Below, in pieces: positions 32,901 to 46,200 of a stretch of DNA of 64,000 nt; position 1 is the first letter of the stretch, and each line of letters begins with the position of its first letter. The position numbers and the translations under genes are program-made. Below the pieces are notes generated by a model. It was not told the DNA's origin. It did no database searches and saw only the letters and a list, made by a program, of their open reading frames with translations. The stretch comes from Macrostomum lignano (Eukaryota). The stretch is taken from NCBI GenBank assembly GCA_002269645.1, contig NIVC01000655.1, positions 310,001 through 374,000 of the forward strand, given 5' to 3'.

Positions 32901-33754
32901 GGGTGCGTTCGAGTGACTTAAAATGACTTAAACTGCCATTTTAACGTCCTTAGTAAAACAAATGTTAAGCAGACTAAATGTAAAAATAATCTAGGTAAAT
33001 GATAGTCAAATTACAATTAAGAATTAATTCAATTTCTAAAACCGGTCTAAGATTAAAAAACGTCACCTATACTTCTTCCAACTCAACCTGAACGCCTAGG
33101 CACCGTTTTAACTTCGCTCGCAATTACCACATTTAATCGTAATTGAATATTTTGTATTCTTCACCTTTGTTCTATCATTTGCTTTCACGTCCTTTTGCTC
33201 AGTTCGCTGCCCGTCATTATAGTCTTTGAATAATTGCTTAGTACTAATATTGTTTATTTATTAATTTTTATTACATAGTAGTTTATTTGGACTTGGAATA
33301 TAGTCACTATTATTGTTGCTACTGTTATTATTTTTCTATTGGAGTTTTGTACTTTTTCAGCTTGGTTCTTATTCTTCAATATAGTATCTGAGTGAACTTC
33401 ATGTTATAGTTTACTAAGCAATTATTCAAAGACTATTTTGACGGGCAGCGAAGTGAGCAAAAAGACGTGAAAGCAAATGATAGAACAAAGGTGAAGAATA
33501 CAAAATATTCAATTACGATTAAATGTGGTAATTGCGAGCGAAGTTAAAACGGTGCCTAGGCGTTCAGGTTGAGTTGGAAGAAGTATAGGTGACGTTTTTT
33601 AATCTTAGACCGGTTTTAGAAATTGAATTAATTCTTAATTGTTATTTGACTATCATTTACCTAGATTATTTTTACATTTAGTCTGCTTAACATTTGTTTT
33701 ACTAAGGACGTTAAAATGGCAGTTTAAGTCATTTTAAGTCACTCGAACGCACCC
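32901..33754. mobile_element. 854-bp PIF/Harbinger (Tourist-like) MITE with ~340-bp near-perfect TIRs
   Basis: 32901-~33243 is the reverse complement of ~33412-33754 with few mismatches; termini GGGTGCGTTCGAGTGAC; TTA TSD at 32898-32900 and 33755-33757. Confidence 0.9.
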
Positions 33755-34206
33755 TTAATAATGAAAACGAGAATATAAAAAATAATAATAATATTTATAA
33801 TAATAATTAAAGATATTTATTCCATTACTCTTACAACGAATAGTTTTCTTTGCAATCAAATACTGCATTAACAAAAAATGTTATAATGTGTAGCGGTTCG
33901 GGGCGGTGCGGTGCGTGTTTTAGGGAGACCCAGTCATTTTAAGTCACTCGAACGCACCCTTTCTACGATACAATTAACTAGCTGGATCAGCAGCTAGCTG
34001 CAAGCGTCTCAGACTGAATTTTATTTATCTACCCGATCGAGCGAAGAAGACCACGCATAACAGAAGACCTTTTCTTTTGCTAAGCATTGCTGGAGCTGAT
34101 TTCTCGTTTTATATGTCGTTTGCTGTGTAACAAATAAATTAAATAATTAAGTTTGTACACTTTAAAAGTAATAGGCTAGAACAGAAATCTAGACCACTGA
34201 TTCTAA

Positions 34207-37200
34207 ATGGGTCGGTCTAGAAGTCGTAGTCCAGGCTATTCTAGGAGCAAAAAAACAAAAGCTAATGACAGCTTTGATGAGAGAGAAAAGGAAAAAGAAG
34301 CCTATGAGGACAGATCTTACTATAAAGATAAAGACTCTAGGCCTAGAAATGATCATAAGCAAAAAAAATCTAAAAAGTCTGATAAAAAGAAATCCAAAAA
34401 AGATTATCATTCAAAGAGTGATAAGCACAGGTAAGAGTTAAAATTGTTTTATTACTTTATTTAAATGTTTTTCATTTTCAATATTTTAATAGAACTTTAA
34501 TCTAATGAGATTTTAAAAGTTCAACCTATCCTAAGGCAAAAGGGCCTATTATTAATCTCATTTTCCTTGGTAAAAGGCATCTTTTAGAAATTTGTCAAGT
34601 AATAAAAAGTTAAGTAACTTATGTCTTAAATTTTGCATATTTTTGTAATAATATTATGTCTATTATAATAATACAAGCTGTTAAAACCCGCAGATTTTGA
34701 ACCCTCAGAATTTCAATCCCCGGAACTATTTTTGCATATATTGACATTAACATTTATTAGTTGATATAGAGCTAAACATAAAATAGAGTACATTCGTGTA
34801 AAATTAGGATTTGAGGCAAACATTGATATTGTTGGTTGGGAAGCTGCATAGAATGTCAGGAAAACTCTGGCCTCTATCTCTGCCTCTCCCTATGTCCTTT
34901 GTATCCTTTGAAACTTCTATCTTCTCTTCTGTTTTCTCACTTCTCTCTTGTCTCTTGTCTCTTCTCTCTTCTCTCATTTCTTCTTTCTTCTCTCCTCTGT
35001 CCCCTCTTCTTTTGTCTCTTCCCTCTTTTTGTTTCTCTCTCCTTTCCTCTCTTCTCTCTCATCTCTGCTTTCTCATCTCTCCTTTCTCCTTTTTTATCTC
35101 TTCTCATTTCTCTCTGCTCTCTGCTCTCTCTTCTCTTTCTGCTCTTTATTCTCTCCTCTCCTTTCCTCTCTTCTCACTTATTACATATTAAAAGATAGCC
35201 TAAGACACTCTCCATAGTAAGTTTAGGGTAGGTATTAAGTTTGGTGTAATTTGGTTGAACGGTTTGGGTTTGGGAGTCCATAGCGATCAAAATTGTCCAC
35301 AGACATACAGAGTTTTCATTTTTATAGGTAGAGATTAGGCCTACCATAGTTGATTATGCTAAGTATAAGCCTAAACAAAAATTGAAAATTTTCAAATGCA
35401 TGCCAAAAAACTTGAATATATTCTCTCTTGCTCTTTTATGCCAAGCACTGAATTTGGGAATTTTACATTTTTATAGTTTTCTACAGTCTTAAGTCTTAAA
35501 CTTGTTTATTTTTGAACTGGTAAAACTCAGCAGACATGCTTATTTAATTAGCCTGCTTGTAGAATTAGGCAAAGACAAATTTTGCAGCTTTATAAACTTT
35601 AATAATTTCACTTTTATAATGGCAGAAAATGCTAATTTTGCTACTGAAAAAAGAGTAGAGAAACACATCTTTTGCAAGTGACACATCTAGTTATTCTAGT
35701 ATCTATGGTATTTTTCTGATCCCAGGATTGAATCCTAGGATTGTCCAAATTCTGGGATTAAATCCCCGGATCCCAGGATTGCAAAAAAACTGGGATTTGT
35801 AATCTATAAAATCACAGAGATCATCTAGTTCCAATTTACAGCTAAAAAGTATTAAATGATATATTTAAAAAACTTGTATGTACAATACTACTAAAAGTAA
35901 GCATATAGTAAAAAAGTAACTTATTTGAGTGCAAGGCCCTTCCCGATTCTTTTATAAAATCAATAATTTTATAACTCATTTTGAATGCGTGCCGAATCTA
36001 GGAAAACACATTTGTTATAAGGTTCCTAGTCATTTCGTCATCTGCCATTTTGTCATCTGGGTGTTTGGGGTGCTCATCTCGACTATGGTCACTTCGTCAT
36101 CTTAATTAACATGCACTATCTGAAGAGAGTCATTTTGTCATCTACCAATCATATTAGTTCCAACTTCAAGTGAATTATTGTGGCAAGTAAATATATTTAC
36201 TTGAAATCCTAATGATCCCAGTCATTTTGTCATCTCGATTGATAAAACCTATCGATCAATTGGTATTGCTTGCCGCAGCTTATAGTTATTAAAACAAAAA
36301 ATGGTTTACACTAACTCGAATCACGCACAGATTGATTGGTTGATGACGAAGTATCCAGCATAACTAAATATTTGGTCACTTCGTCATATTTTTTTCAAGC
36401 TACTTTGCTTCTAGTCACTTCGTCATCCAATATGACGAAATGAAATATGACAATCTGACCAGTGACCTGTTATAATACACATATTTTTCATAATTTTATG
36501 CAAACTAATTTTTGTTTAAACTAGCAGTAAATTTTAATATAAATTGAAGCATTTTCGGTGGAGGAGAGACCAACCTCGCACATCATGGTTCGATAACAAG
36601 ACAGTTAATAGCGAATCGTAAGAGTTCCGAGTAAACGTTATTGAAGATTTTTTTCTGAATTTTTCATTTGCAGAAGAGAGGTGAAGTGGCAGAGAACACA
36701 TACAGTATATACTACTGAGAAGTGGAAGTAGTAAGAGACTACAAAGTAGATCATAAACCGATACATGAAAGAATAACTGGAGGCTATGACCCTCTGATCT
36801 CGGTAATGCCCAGGACTTGAAAGTACATGCAATATACCAGTAAGCCAATATACCACTCAGGCCAGAATAACAGTAAACGCTACCAGAAGAATAGTAAATG
36901 CTACCAGAATAATAGAAGAACAATACTTGTAAGGGCTAAATAGTATTCTAAGAACAATATACTCAGACAAATTCTCAATTAAATATATACTCAGACAACT
37001 ACTAAGATATGTACTTAGACTAATTCCAAGAAACATTTCTCAGACTTATTCTAAGATTAATAAACTCATAATTTAATAATAGAATAGTTGTGGTAGCAGC
37101 TACCAACATTGGAACAATTTATAAAGACAGAAGAAGCAGCCTTTTGACAACTTGGTGACTAACCAGTGGGATTTCATATCGTACAAGAACAACGCTAGCG

Positions 37201-40200
37201 CAACTTTAGTGACTCAGTGGTGGGATAATTTCAGTGAGAGCAATCATGCCTTTGACATTTGTTTGAAACTTGAAAGCTAATACAAATAAAATATGAATAC
37301 AAAGGTTGTTTTAGTAGCATTAGCAGGCGCAGCAGAAAGTTACGAATAAAGATTGGGAAAGAAGTGAATCCAAGCAATCCGTGTTCATGCGCAAGCAATA
37401 AAGTTCACAATTTTATGAGCATAATTCATTATTAAAGTTTATTAGTACAAATAAATTGTTATTTTGCATGATCATCATTAAGAGATTTATTGGGCATTTA
37501 GGTAAATTCAAATACATCCAGTTGTAGCTTCTCTTCAGACTTATATTTTTGTTCTTTCTTTGCATCTTTAGTCATTGACATTGCCATTAACATTAATGAT
37601 GAATTTACATGTGATACATAATGAATAAATTCATTTACATATGATACATATTCAAGTGTAATTTCATTGTTCTTTGTTGCTTAATAAGCATACAATAAGC
37701 ATCTAATTTAGAAGCTAGGTAACACATTGGAATTCCCATAAGGATCAGAAAGTTGCATTTTACTTAGCTTCTACTGAAGCAATTTGGAAAATTCTTTTTT
37801 TCCTGCATACATACTGCAATGATACATATTTAAGTCTAATTACATTGTTCTTTTTACCTCATAAGCCTATAGGAAGCATTTGATTTGAATGCCAGGTTCA
37901 TATTTTGTAGTACCATTTTTACCCAAAAAATTTAAGTCTAAATATAGGCATATTACATACACAAATACTATACAAGTTGATATTTAAATAAAGAAAACAA
38001 CTTAGATTAATTTGCAACAAGGAATTAGCAGTATATTTATTTTTAGAGAAAGATGTTTGCTGGCAAACTTTGCACTTTAAATTAGTATGAATTTTCACAA
38101 GTTTATGTGGTTTTAGAAAAACTTAGAAATCCTTAGTAATCCTTCATCTTTTTAAATAAAATAATAAGTAAAACACAAAATACTTTCTGTTTTGTAAGTA
38201 AAAAATTAGCCTTTTCTAAGGTCTAAAAGTCTTAAATTTAATTGTTTATTAATAAAAAAAGTAAAACAAAAATGTGATTTGGTCAATTGGACTTTTAAAA
38301 TGCTTTTTTTGTGGTTTTTACTCATTTATTCAATGATGTAAAGCCCCATTGGAGCGAATAGGGGTTTTTGCGGACAGCGTCCGGCGCGCCTATGAAAAAT
38401 TGCCTGCGCGGCTGCGCAGAAAGAAATTTCTGTCCGCGCACAAGGTGCATGGCGCGCGCGCAGCGCGCGCCATGCACCTTGTGCACGTAATGTGACTAGC
38501 ATAAGTATGTTATATGTAGATCTGCGCGCAGCGCGCACCATCCATCTTGCGCACGTAACGTTAGCGCAAGTATGTTATATATGTAGATCCGCGCGCAGCG
38601 CGCACCATGCACCTTGCGCACGTAACGTAGCATAAGTTGGTATAACAAACAGCTGTGCACCCTTGTGCCTTTAAGGCTTTCACTAAGTGTATTGCATGCT
38701 TTATAGATTTACATATATACATGTACATGCAGGTGCAATGCTACATGAGTGAATGCCAGTGCCTGATCTGCACCCGCACCTTATTCACCCGTATACATTT
38801 ACGTCATGTACTAATACATGTAGGTGCAATGCTACATGTAAAGCAGTTAGGCATGTAACCCATGCCTTGCACCTGCGCCTTGTGCGCTTACTCAAGTACA
38901 TTTAACATGTATGAGCCAGCAGCCGATTCTACCCTTAATGGACAAAACCTAGACAGACCCCCACGTAATGTGCAATGTACAAATTAATCGATAAAATATA
39001 TCATGCAAGAATATCATACGTCAGTATATGTACAAATATGGAACTACTTTGCAAGAAATAATATAACAATAAAAATGAAATATAAATAATACAGATAGTC
39101 ATGTTTGAATAGTTTATTTCACAACAATATGCAATTCTAGCGGTGCATGCCTGTGTTCGATGCACAACGTAAGGTAAACATGTGTACAACATAATTTACT
39201 CGTGTTAGATTTTCTTAGAAAAATTCAAATTTTGTATACGTTTCTTCTGTTCTGATAAAATTGTACTATAACTCAACTGTCTCAACATTTCATGTGTCTT
39301 TCAGTTTCAATTCTCTCAAATTGGTTAATTGATCATTTCCCTTAAGCTTGAATTGGATTTGAGTCAGTGCATTTCTAGCGGTGCATGCCTGTGTTCGATG
39401 CACAATGTAACGTAAACATGTGTACAACGTAATTTACTCGTGTTAGATTTTCTTAGAAAAATTAAAATTTTGTATACGTTTCTTCTGTTCTGATAAAATT
39501 GTACTATAACTCAACTGTCTTTACATGTCATGTGTCTTTCACTTTCAATTCTCTCAAATTGGTTAATTGATCATGTCCCTTAAGCTTGAATTGGATTTGA
39601 GCCAGTCAATAAGCAAAAACGTATATCAAATTAGTATTACTTATCAAGATTATTTATATCTCTTATTCCAACTTGTGTGAGTTAGGCCTAACACTTAACT
39701 GTAACATTGCATAATTGCATTGTGCTAGTGTAAAAATGCTAATATACTAAGATGTTATACTATCTGCACTGCATCTACTATTTAGTCTAATTAATAGTTT
39801 CTGCTAAGATAAGGCCTATTGGTAGTGTGAACATAGTGGTCACAAAATTAGAAAAATCACTAAAAATTACTGTGTGAACTCATTTTGGGGGGGGGAGGAG
39901 GCATGTGCCCCTGGTTCCGTGAGCTACCCCCACCCATGGTCATCAAAAGATACCTTCTACTGTTAAAAATAGACATTTTACAATTTACTATGCTCCTTTT
40001 TAAACTTTATGGATCCTATCAATAATGAAATCGTTATATTTGACTGTGAGTCTATGAATAGGCCTATGATTTATATAGTATTTTTAAATCAAAACTTAAC
40101 TTTGTTTCAAATTAAATCATAATGGCATAAGGTAAACATTTTAATAATATCATTTTGCATGCATTGTATCATAATTTTTAAACCCATATAAATGACCAAT

Positions 40201-43200
40201 GCAACCAATAGCATTAGAAGTATAAGAACTATAGATAATTAAAATTCAAGAATATATACTAAGATATTGACATGATAGTTACAAGTCATAATATCATAAT
40301 AGTAAAAAAATATTGCTGAATAAGTAGGCAAGAAAAAGCTGTAGGATATATAAATATAAAAATTAAGTTACAAAAGACAAAATATTTTGTTTTTTGACGT
40401 AAACGTATCTAACAACTAAGATGTAAATCTATTATAGTTTTTTTGATTCTAATATATCATATATATTAATCTTATATTGAACTTTTTGTTTTTTATTCTA
40501 GTTACTAAATTTTCAAGTATTGACACTGATAAAAGACAATAAATATAAAATATGGACCTAGACATTGACCCAAATAATCTGACTGAAGCTGAAGACTCAA
40601 TTGTTGTTATTGATAATGATGAAAATAACAGTCTAAGTAGTGGTCCCAGTGGGACAAGTGCTCCAAAACCAAAGAAGCCTAGAATTGAAGAGGCAAGTTC
40701 AAGTAGTCAGGCTCAAGAAAATAAAAATCTAAAACAACAAAAACAAGAAAAGCAAATAACAGCATGGGCAGCCACTTGGAAGCACTGGTCTGAAAAGACA
40801 CCATCTAATCATGCAGGCATAGCAGATCCTGCAGTGTTGCCATTGCCAGCTAAAGGTCAAGTGACTATTCAAACAACTAGCGCTAGTGCAGACATCAATG
40901 ACAATGTCTATTACTGTTTTCCATGCGTTCAGCTTCTTTATAAGTCTATGATCAGTGGAGGATCCAAACGTTTGAATTTTACGCTTGCAAACTGCCATGC
41001 ATCCCGAATTCGGGATGGGGAAAGACGACATGCTCCACGACACACTGAAATGGCAAAAGGCAAAGCAACCAGTGTGCCATCTGACTGGCGAAAAGCATCA
41101 GATCCTGAACTGAAGGACCTACTTTCTAAGATAAAGAATGCTTCTGTGCCCGTCACTATGTCCAGTACGTCTGCTGCTAGTACGACTGCTAATACTGATG
41201 GTGGTAGCGACTGTAATTCTGCTGATCCTGATTGTGCTGGTGCTACTACTAGTAATGATAATGATGGCCAGCAGGTTCTAGCTCAGCAATCGATGGGCTC
41301 TGCATCCTCAGTGCTACCCCCGCCATCATTGGCAGCCTCACAGTTGCTGTTGCCTTCGCCAACACTGCTGCCTGTCTCACTGCCAGTGCCAGCCTCATCA
41401 CCAACGCCGCTGCCTGTGTCACTCCCAGTGCCAGCCTCATCACCAACGCCGCTGCCTGTGTCACTGCCAGTGCCAGCCTCATCGCCAACGCCGCTGCCTG
41501 TGTCACTCCCAGTGCCAGCCTCATCACCAACGCCGCTGCCTGTGTCACTGCCAGTGCCAGTCTCATCAGTGACACTGACACAGTACAGTGACACAGTAAC
41601 GCCGCTGCCAGTGCCTGCTGTCTCAGTGTCGGCCTCACTGCCATCGCCGACGCGACCGGCTATGCATCATGTTCCAATGTCAGCGTCAATGTCGACGGCT
41701 CAAAGTGAAAGCCGACGACCGCGTCAGTTTACGCTGGACGAAATATTTCAATCGAGAACAAATCCAAGTCAGACTCAACAAGAACAGGAGTATGCGCAAC
41801 TTGAGCAGGAAGCTGGCGCTGTGGATTCGTTCAAGTCTCTGGCTACTTTTGTGCTTAAGTCCGTAAAAGAAGTACACTCTTTAGGAGCGAAAGTAGATAA
41901 ATTAGTTCGACAGCAAGCTCGCCCATCTGTAGCACCTCAGCGTGAGCAGAATGAGAGCACAATCGCGAAACCATCTGGCGTGTCCACTGAAAGCACAGAT
42001 TTAGAGGCGAAAATGAAGTCTATTAAGACACTGGACGAATTGGTTTCAAAGGTAAATATATAAATAATTTTAATCTAGTTTACTGCAAATTTTATGGTAT
42101 GCTTTAACCTTTAGCCTTTAACTTACAAATGACTGAACTGCTTGTCATCTAAGATAATTACTGTAAGGTATCCATAACCATACCATAACGTTTGTAGTGC
42201 AGCTTCCTGACACTAATTGAAGGCCAACGCGAAGGAGAAGGTACCGCCAGCAGCGTTGGTGCACCTGCAATTTTGCGCTGCACTTTGTGCTACACGTGGC
42301 TGCTCAAAAACCAAAAACGTGTGCCAGTCGATCAACTAGAAGGCGGTGGACTGATTCTGTCTCCTGATCGCCTTGACACCTACAGACAACGCACTAAAGG
42401 CAGGGGCTTTCGGCAATTCAAACATCGAATAATCAAGGATCACTGCAACTGCGCTACTCATTTGCGGTAAACAACTTGTATGTATGAATTCGATGGGATT
42501 AGCTTCATTAGTCACTTCAAGGTCCAACTGAAAGCCAAATTATTAACACCCAATAAAATTATACTAGCAACCAGTCGCACCTTCTCTACAATATGCAGAA
42601 CGCTTACCTGCTACTCTGCTTTCGCCTTTCAGAGCTTTTGGTGAGCTGGAAAGTGAATCCGAGCAGCTTAATCGCCACATGACCGCAGCAAAGGCTCTGG
42701 TAACTTCCGGCTTGTCGGTCGTGCTCTCTGGGACTGGAGCCACACAATACGAAGGATTTATCGCAATGCTTTATGTTAACAACGTTTACATTGGAGACAA
42801 GCAGCATGGCCGCAAGGTCTGTAACTCGATATGGGAGACAGCCGATCGCATTATCATGCGTATCGCGGCCGCAGATTTAGAAGATCCTCTACCGTCTACT
42901 TCTCTGCCTCCTTTTTTTGTCTTACTATGGACAAAAGCACTCCAGCGCGTACGACTAACCAAGCTGTAATGGCGTGCGCGTTTCATGGAGATGGAGTGCG
43001 AAGGGCGTATTGCCTTGGTGCGCCGGACGTATACAGCGGTGCTGATGCCAGTCTCTCGGGCGGCCAGGCAACGGCATTGGCGAAGTAAGCCTTCGACACT
43101 TTTTTAATTTTTGTATTATTATCACTGCTAAACGAAAAAGAAATAATAAGAGAAGAAAGCAACTATATGATAACTAATCAGAGGCTAGTGCCTGTAGATA

Positions 43201-46200
43201 TTACATTAGTTTTTATTATTCACAATCAAATTGCATATGCACATAAAGATTTCGTTACTAGTTATTCAGCACAAGTCCATAACTTTAATCAACTTCCAAT
43301 AACAATTCAGTTCTGCAGTGACGGTTGCAAAATCGGCCGGTCTCCATCTCGAGTGCTGTGGTGGTGTCGCTGCGGATGGCCAGTACCAGACGGACAAGTT
43401 CCAGACAACGATGCAGTCATTGCTTCAGGAAGCTTTGCGCGAAGCCGATTCCGTTGAAAGCGCAGGCACGTCCACCGACTGCATCGACGGTGCTTTTTAC
43501 GGGGTAGTATGGGACGCTGCGCACTGGCTTAATTTAGTCGTCACTGACATCCGAAAATCTAGCGCTCCTATCCAACGAATGATAGCATCCCTGAACTGGC
43601 TGCACCGCAAAATTCAACGGGGAAAAATTCTTGTGAAGGCAGACCAAGTTGCCGAACGAATCCACGACAGGCGCGCTAGAAAGACAAAATCTTTCAGCAA
43701 AACACGTTTTGTCTCGTCGAGCTTCACCATGGTGTAGGCTACTGTAACGGAGCTCCGAATTTGGCTGACGACACTAAACGAGACGCCTCTGTCTCGCAAA
43801 GACCGCGAAGTTTTAGCGTACCTGCAGTCCACGGCTTTTGTTACTGAGTTGCTGATCTTCAGCGAAGTGATGAAACCGTTCTGCGCAACTATGCTACGCT
43901 GCCAGGATCTACAGCTGCCTGTCTGGAGCATGGTCGAGGATATCTCGAGGCTGTCTGTGGAGCTGGAGCAAAAAAAAACGGCTTTATCCCAATTACACGA
44001 GCTCGCGAACATGGATAGAGAGCTCGATTCATTTGCGTCAGCTACTGCAGCAAATCATGATCTCCGGCAGCATCTGCCACTGCTGTTTACCAACTTAACC
44101 GACCTACAGCAGGGTGTCTACCACGACGTTGATTTGGCCACTACCACCACTGTTCCTCGGTGTATTTTAGATCGTAGGTGCCGGCACGTCAGTGACAGTG
44201 AGGACTCGAGCAGCGACTCAGAGTCAGATTCTGAATTGGAGGTTAGGCACGCTGGTCGCAACGTCAGATCAACTTTTAAATCGGCCTTGTCAGCAGGCGT
44301 TGAGTTGGTGACAGCCTTAGGTGACCGTCTCAGTGTACGAACGTCCCACTCCATCCCGAGTTTTATTAACCTTCTGTCGTCGGCGTTTGGCCTTGCTGGT
44401 TATGTTGGAGCCATGTGCGGTCGTCTTCGTCGTGGTTCTTCCGGCGCCACAGTGTTTTTGCGGCATGAAGCGCACTTCGTGGTCTATGGTCGAAATGCTT
44501 TCAGCATGGCCGCTGAAGCCGCTTGTTCACGACGCAGTCTGCGCGACCTATTCGATTCAGCCGACTTGCAACCAGTTGATCTGCACACCCTCTGGCGCGA
44601 CACGCTGAAACAGATTGTCTGGGGTGAAGATAGCACCTCGGCCCACTGTCGGCGAGTGCTTTTCGGTGACACTGTGCCAGACGACCGAGTGCTGACGCTG
44701 GCGTTAACCGAAGTGTCAGATGAATTTGCGATTGATTTCGGACAAGGACCTGTTAAACTGAAAGTACAGGAACAGGCGTTTATTAAAGCCATGTACAACG
44801 ACGACCAACTGTACACACGATTTGGCAAGCCACTTTGCGCGCTCTTAGATTGGGCCCTTGCCAAGGGCTGCCCTGAGGCCATCGTGGAGAGCTTGTACAC
44901 TTCGATGGAGCGGCAGTGCATGCAAGGCGCACTTCAACTGTCTAGTACGCTAGAGTTGCGCACCCGCTTGGCGTGGCATTTACCGCGTACTCTTGCTGCC
45001 ATACCCACGAATGTACTTGAACGGATCAGTCGCGAGTGGCTGACATCGCACCCAGTTACGTTTTTGTCTGCTGGATCAAATAAGCGGAAGCAGGAGGTGC
45101 TAGAGCGACTGAAATCTGAAGAAGGTCGTGTTCGGCTGAAGTAGATTTTATTATACGCTCGTACATGTTACTGTCACATCATTTAGCTAGCAACTATTTT
45201 TTATCTGCACTCGTTTTCTGTTGTTGTCCGCTCATCACTGCATGAGAGATAAGACTTTCTCTAGGCTGTAGAATACAGTTCGACTTGAACGAGTAAGGCC
45301 ACTTAGGGGCCTGTGGCTGCACGCCACTGCTAGTTGAGCTGCATTGTATCCAGTTAAGGCTACTTAGGGGCCTGTGGCTGCACGCCACTGCTAGTTGAGC
45401 TGCATTGTATCCAGTTAAGGCTACTTAGGGGCCTGTGGCTGCACGCCACTGCTAGTTGAGCTGCATTGTATCCAGTTAAGGCCACTTAGGGGCCTGTGGC
45501 TGCACGCCACTGCTAGTTGAGTTGCATTGTATCCAGTTAAGGCTACTTAGGGGGCTGTGGCTGCACGCCACTGCTAGTTGAGTTGCATTGTATCCAGTTA
45601 AGGCTACTTAGGGGGCTGTGGCTGCACGCCACTGCTAGTTGAGTTGCATTGTATCCAGTTAAGGCTACTTAGGGGCCTGTGGCTACACGCCACTGCTAGT
45701 TGAGCTGAGAATTGAGCTGTACCGTATTCAGTGAAAGCGGATAATCTAGACATTGATACTGCATAGATTGAATGCAGCTGAGCTTTACTATAATTTTTTT
45801 ATTTCTGCTTCCAATTTTTAATCACGCTAAGAAACTGAAAACGCCTTTATCTCGTCTACAGTACACTTGTAACTTGAATCTTAGATTTTTTTACTTTGCC
45901 AGTTAAGATCTTTTACATGCATTCAGGTGCAAAATTCGGTGCCTAAATTCTTTTCATTTCTAAGTATATCTATTCAATTTTAGTATAGTTGTTAATTGTT
46001 ATCACATTTATCACTTTGTGTGAAAGCAATCTATTGACACGTTGTTATTAAAAGAAAAAGAATTCAATCATATCAGTTTATATTTCAAGTTAGTTGTTCA
46101 TACTTTTTACGAACGTAGTTTTGTTTTCAAGTTGGTTTATTTGTTGTTAACTTTGCTTTTAAGAACTCAAAAAATACTTGTTTGCAATTTTCCATTCCTG

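Noticed and set aside
34811-35217. Leu/Ser/Phe-rich ORFs resembling membrane proteins
   Set aside because: Translation of a CT-rich low-complexity tract.
40552-45144. Domesticated host zinc-finger gene (ZBED/ZNF862-like)
   Set aside because: It is enclosed by TIRs and a perfect TSD and carries a frameshift and a stop, so it is a transposon copy.
45295-45707. CRISPR-like regular repeats (also the 23-bp array at 22885 and the 53-bp array at 15248)
   Set aside because: Units are head-to-tail with no unique spacers, there are no cas genes, and the context is eukaryotic and intron-containing.
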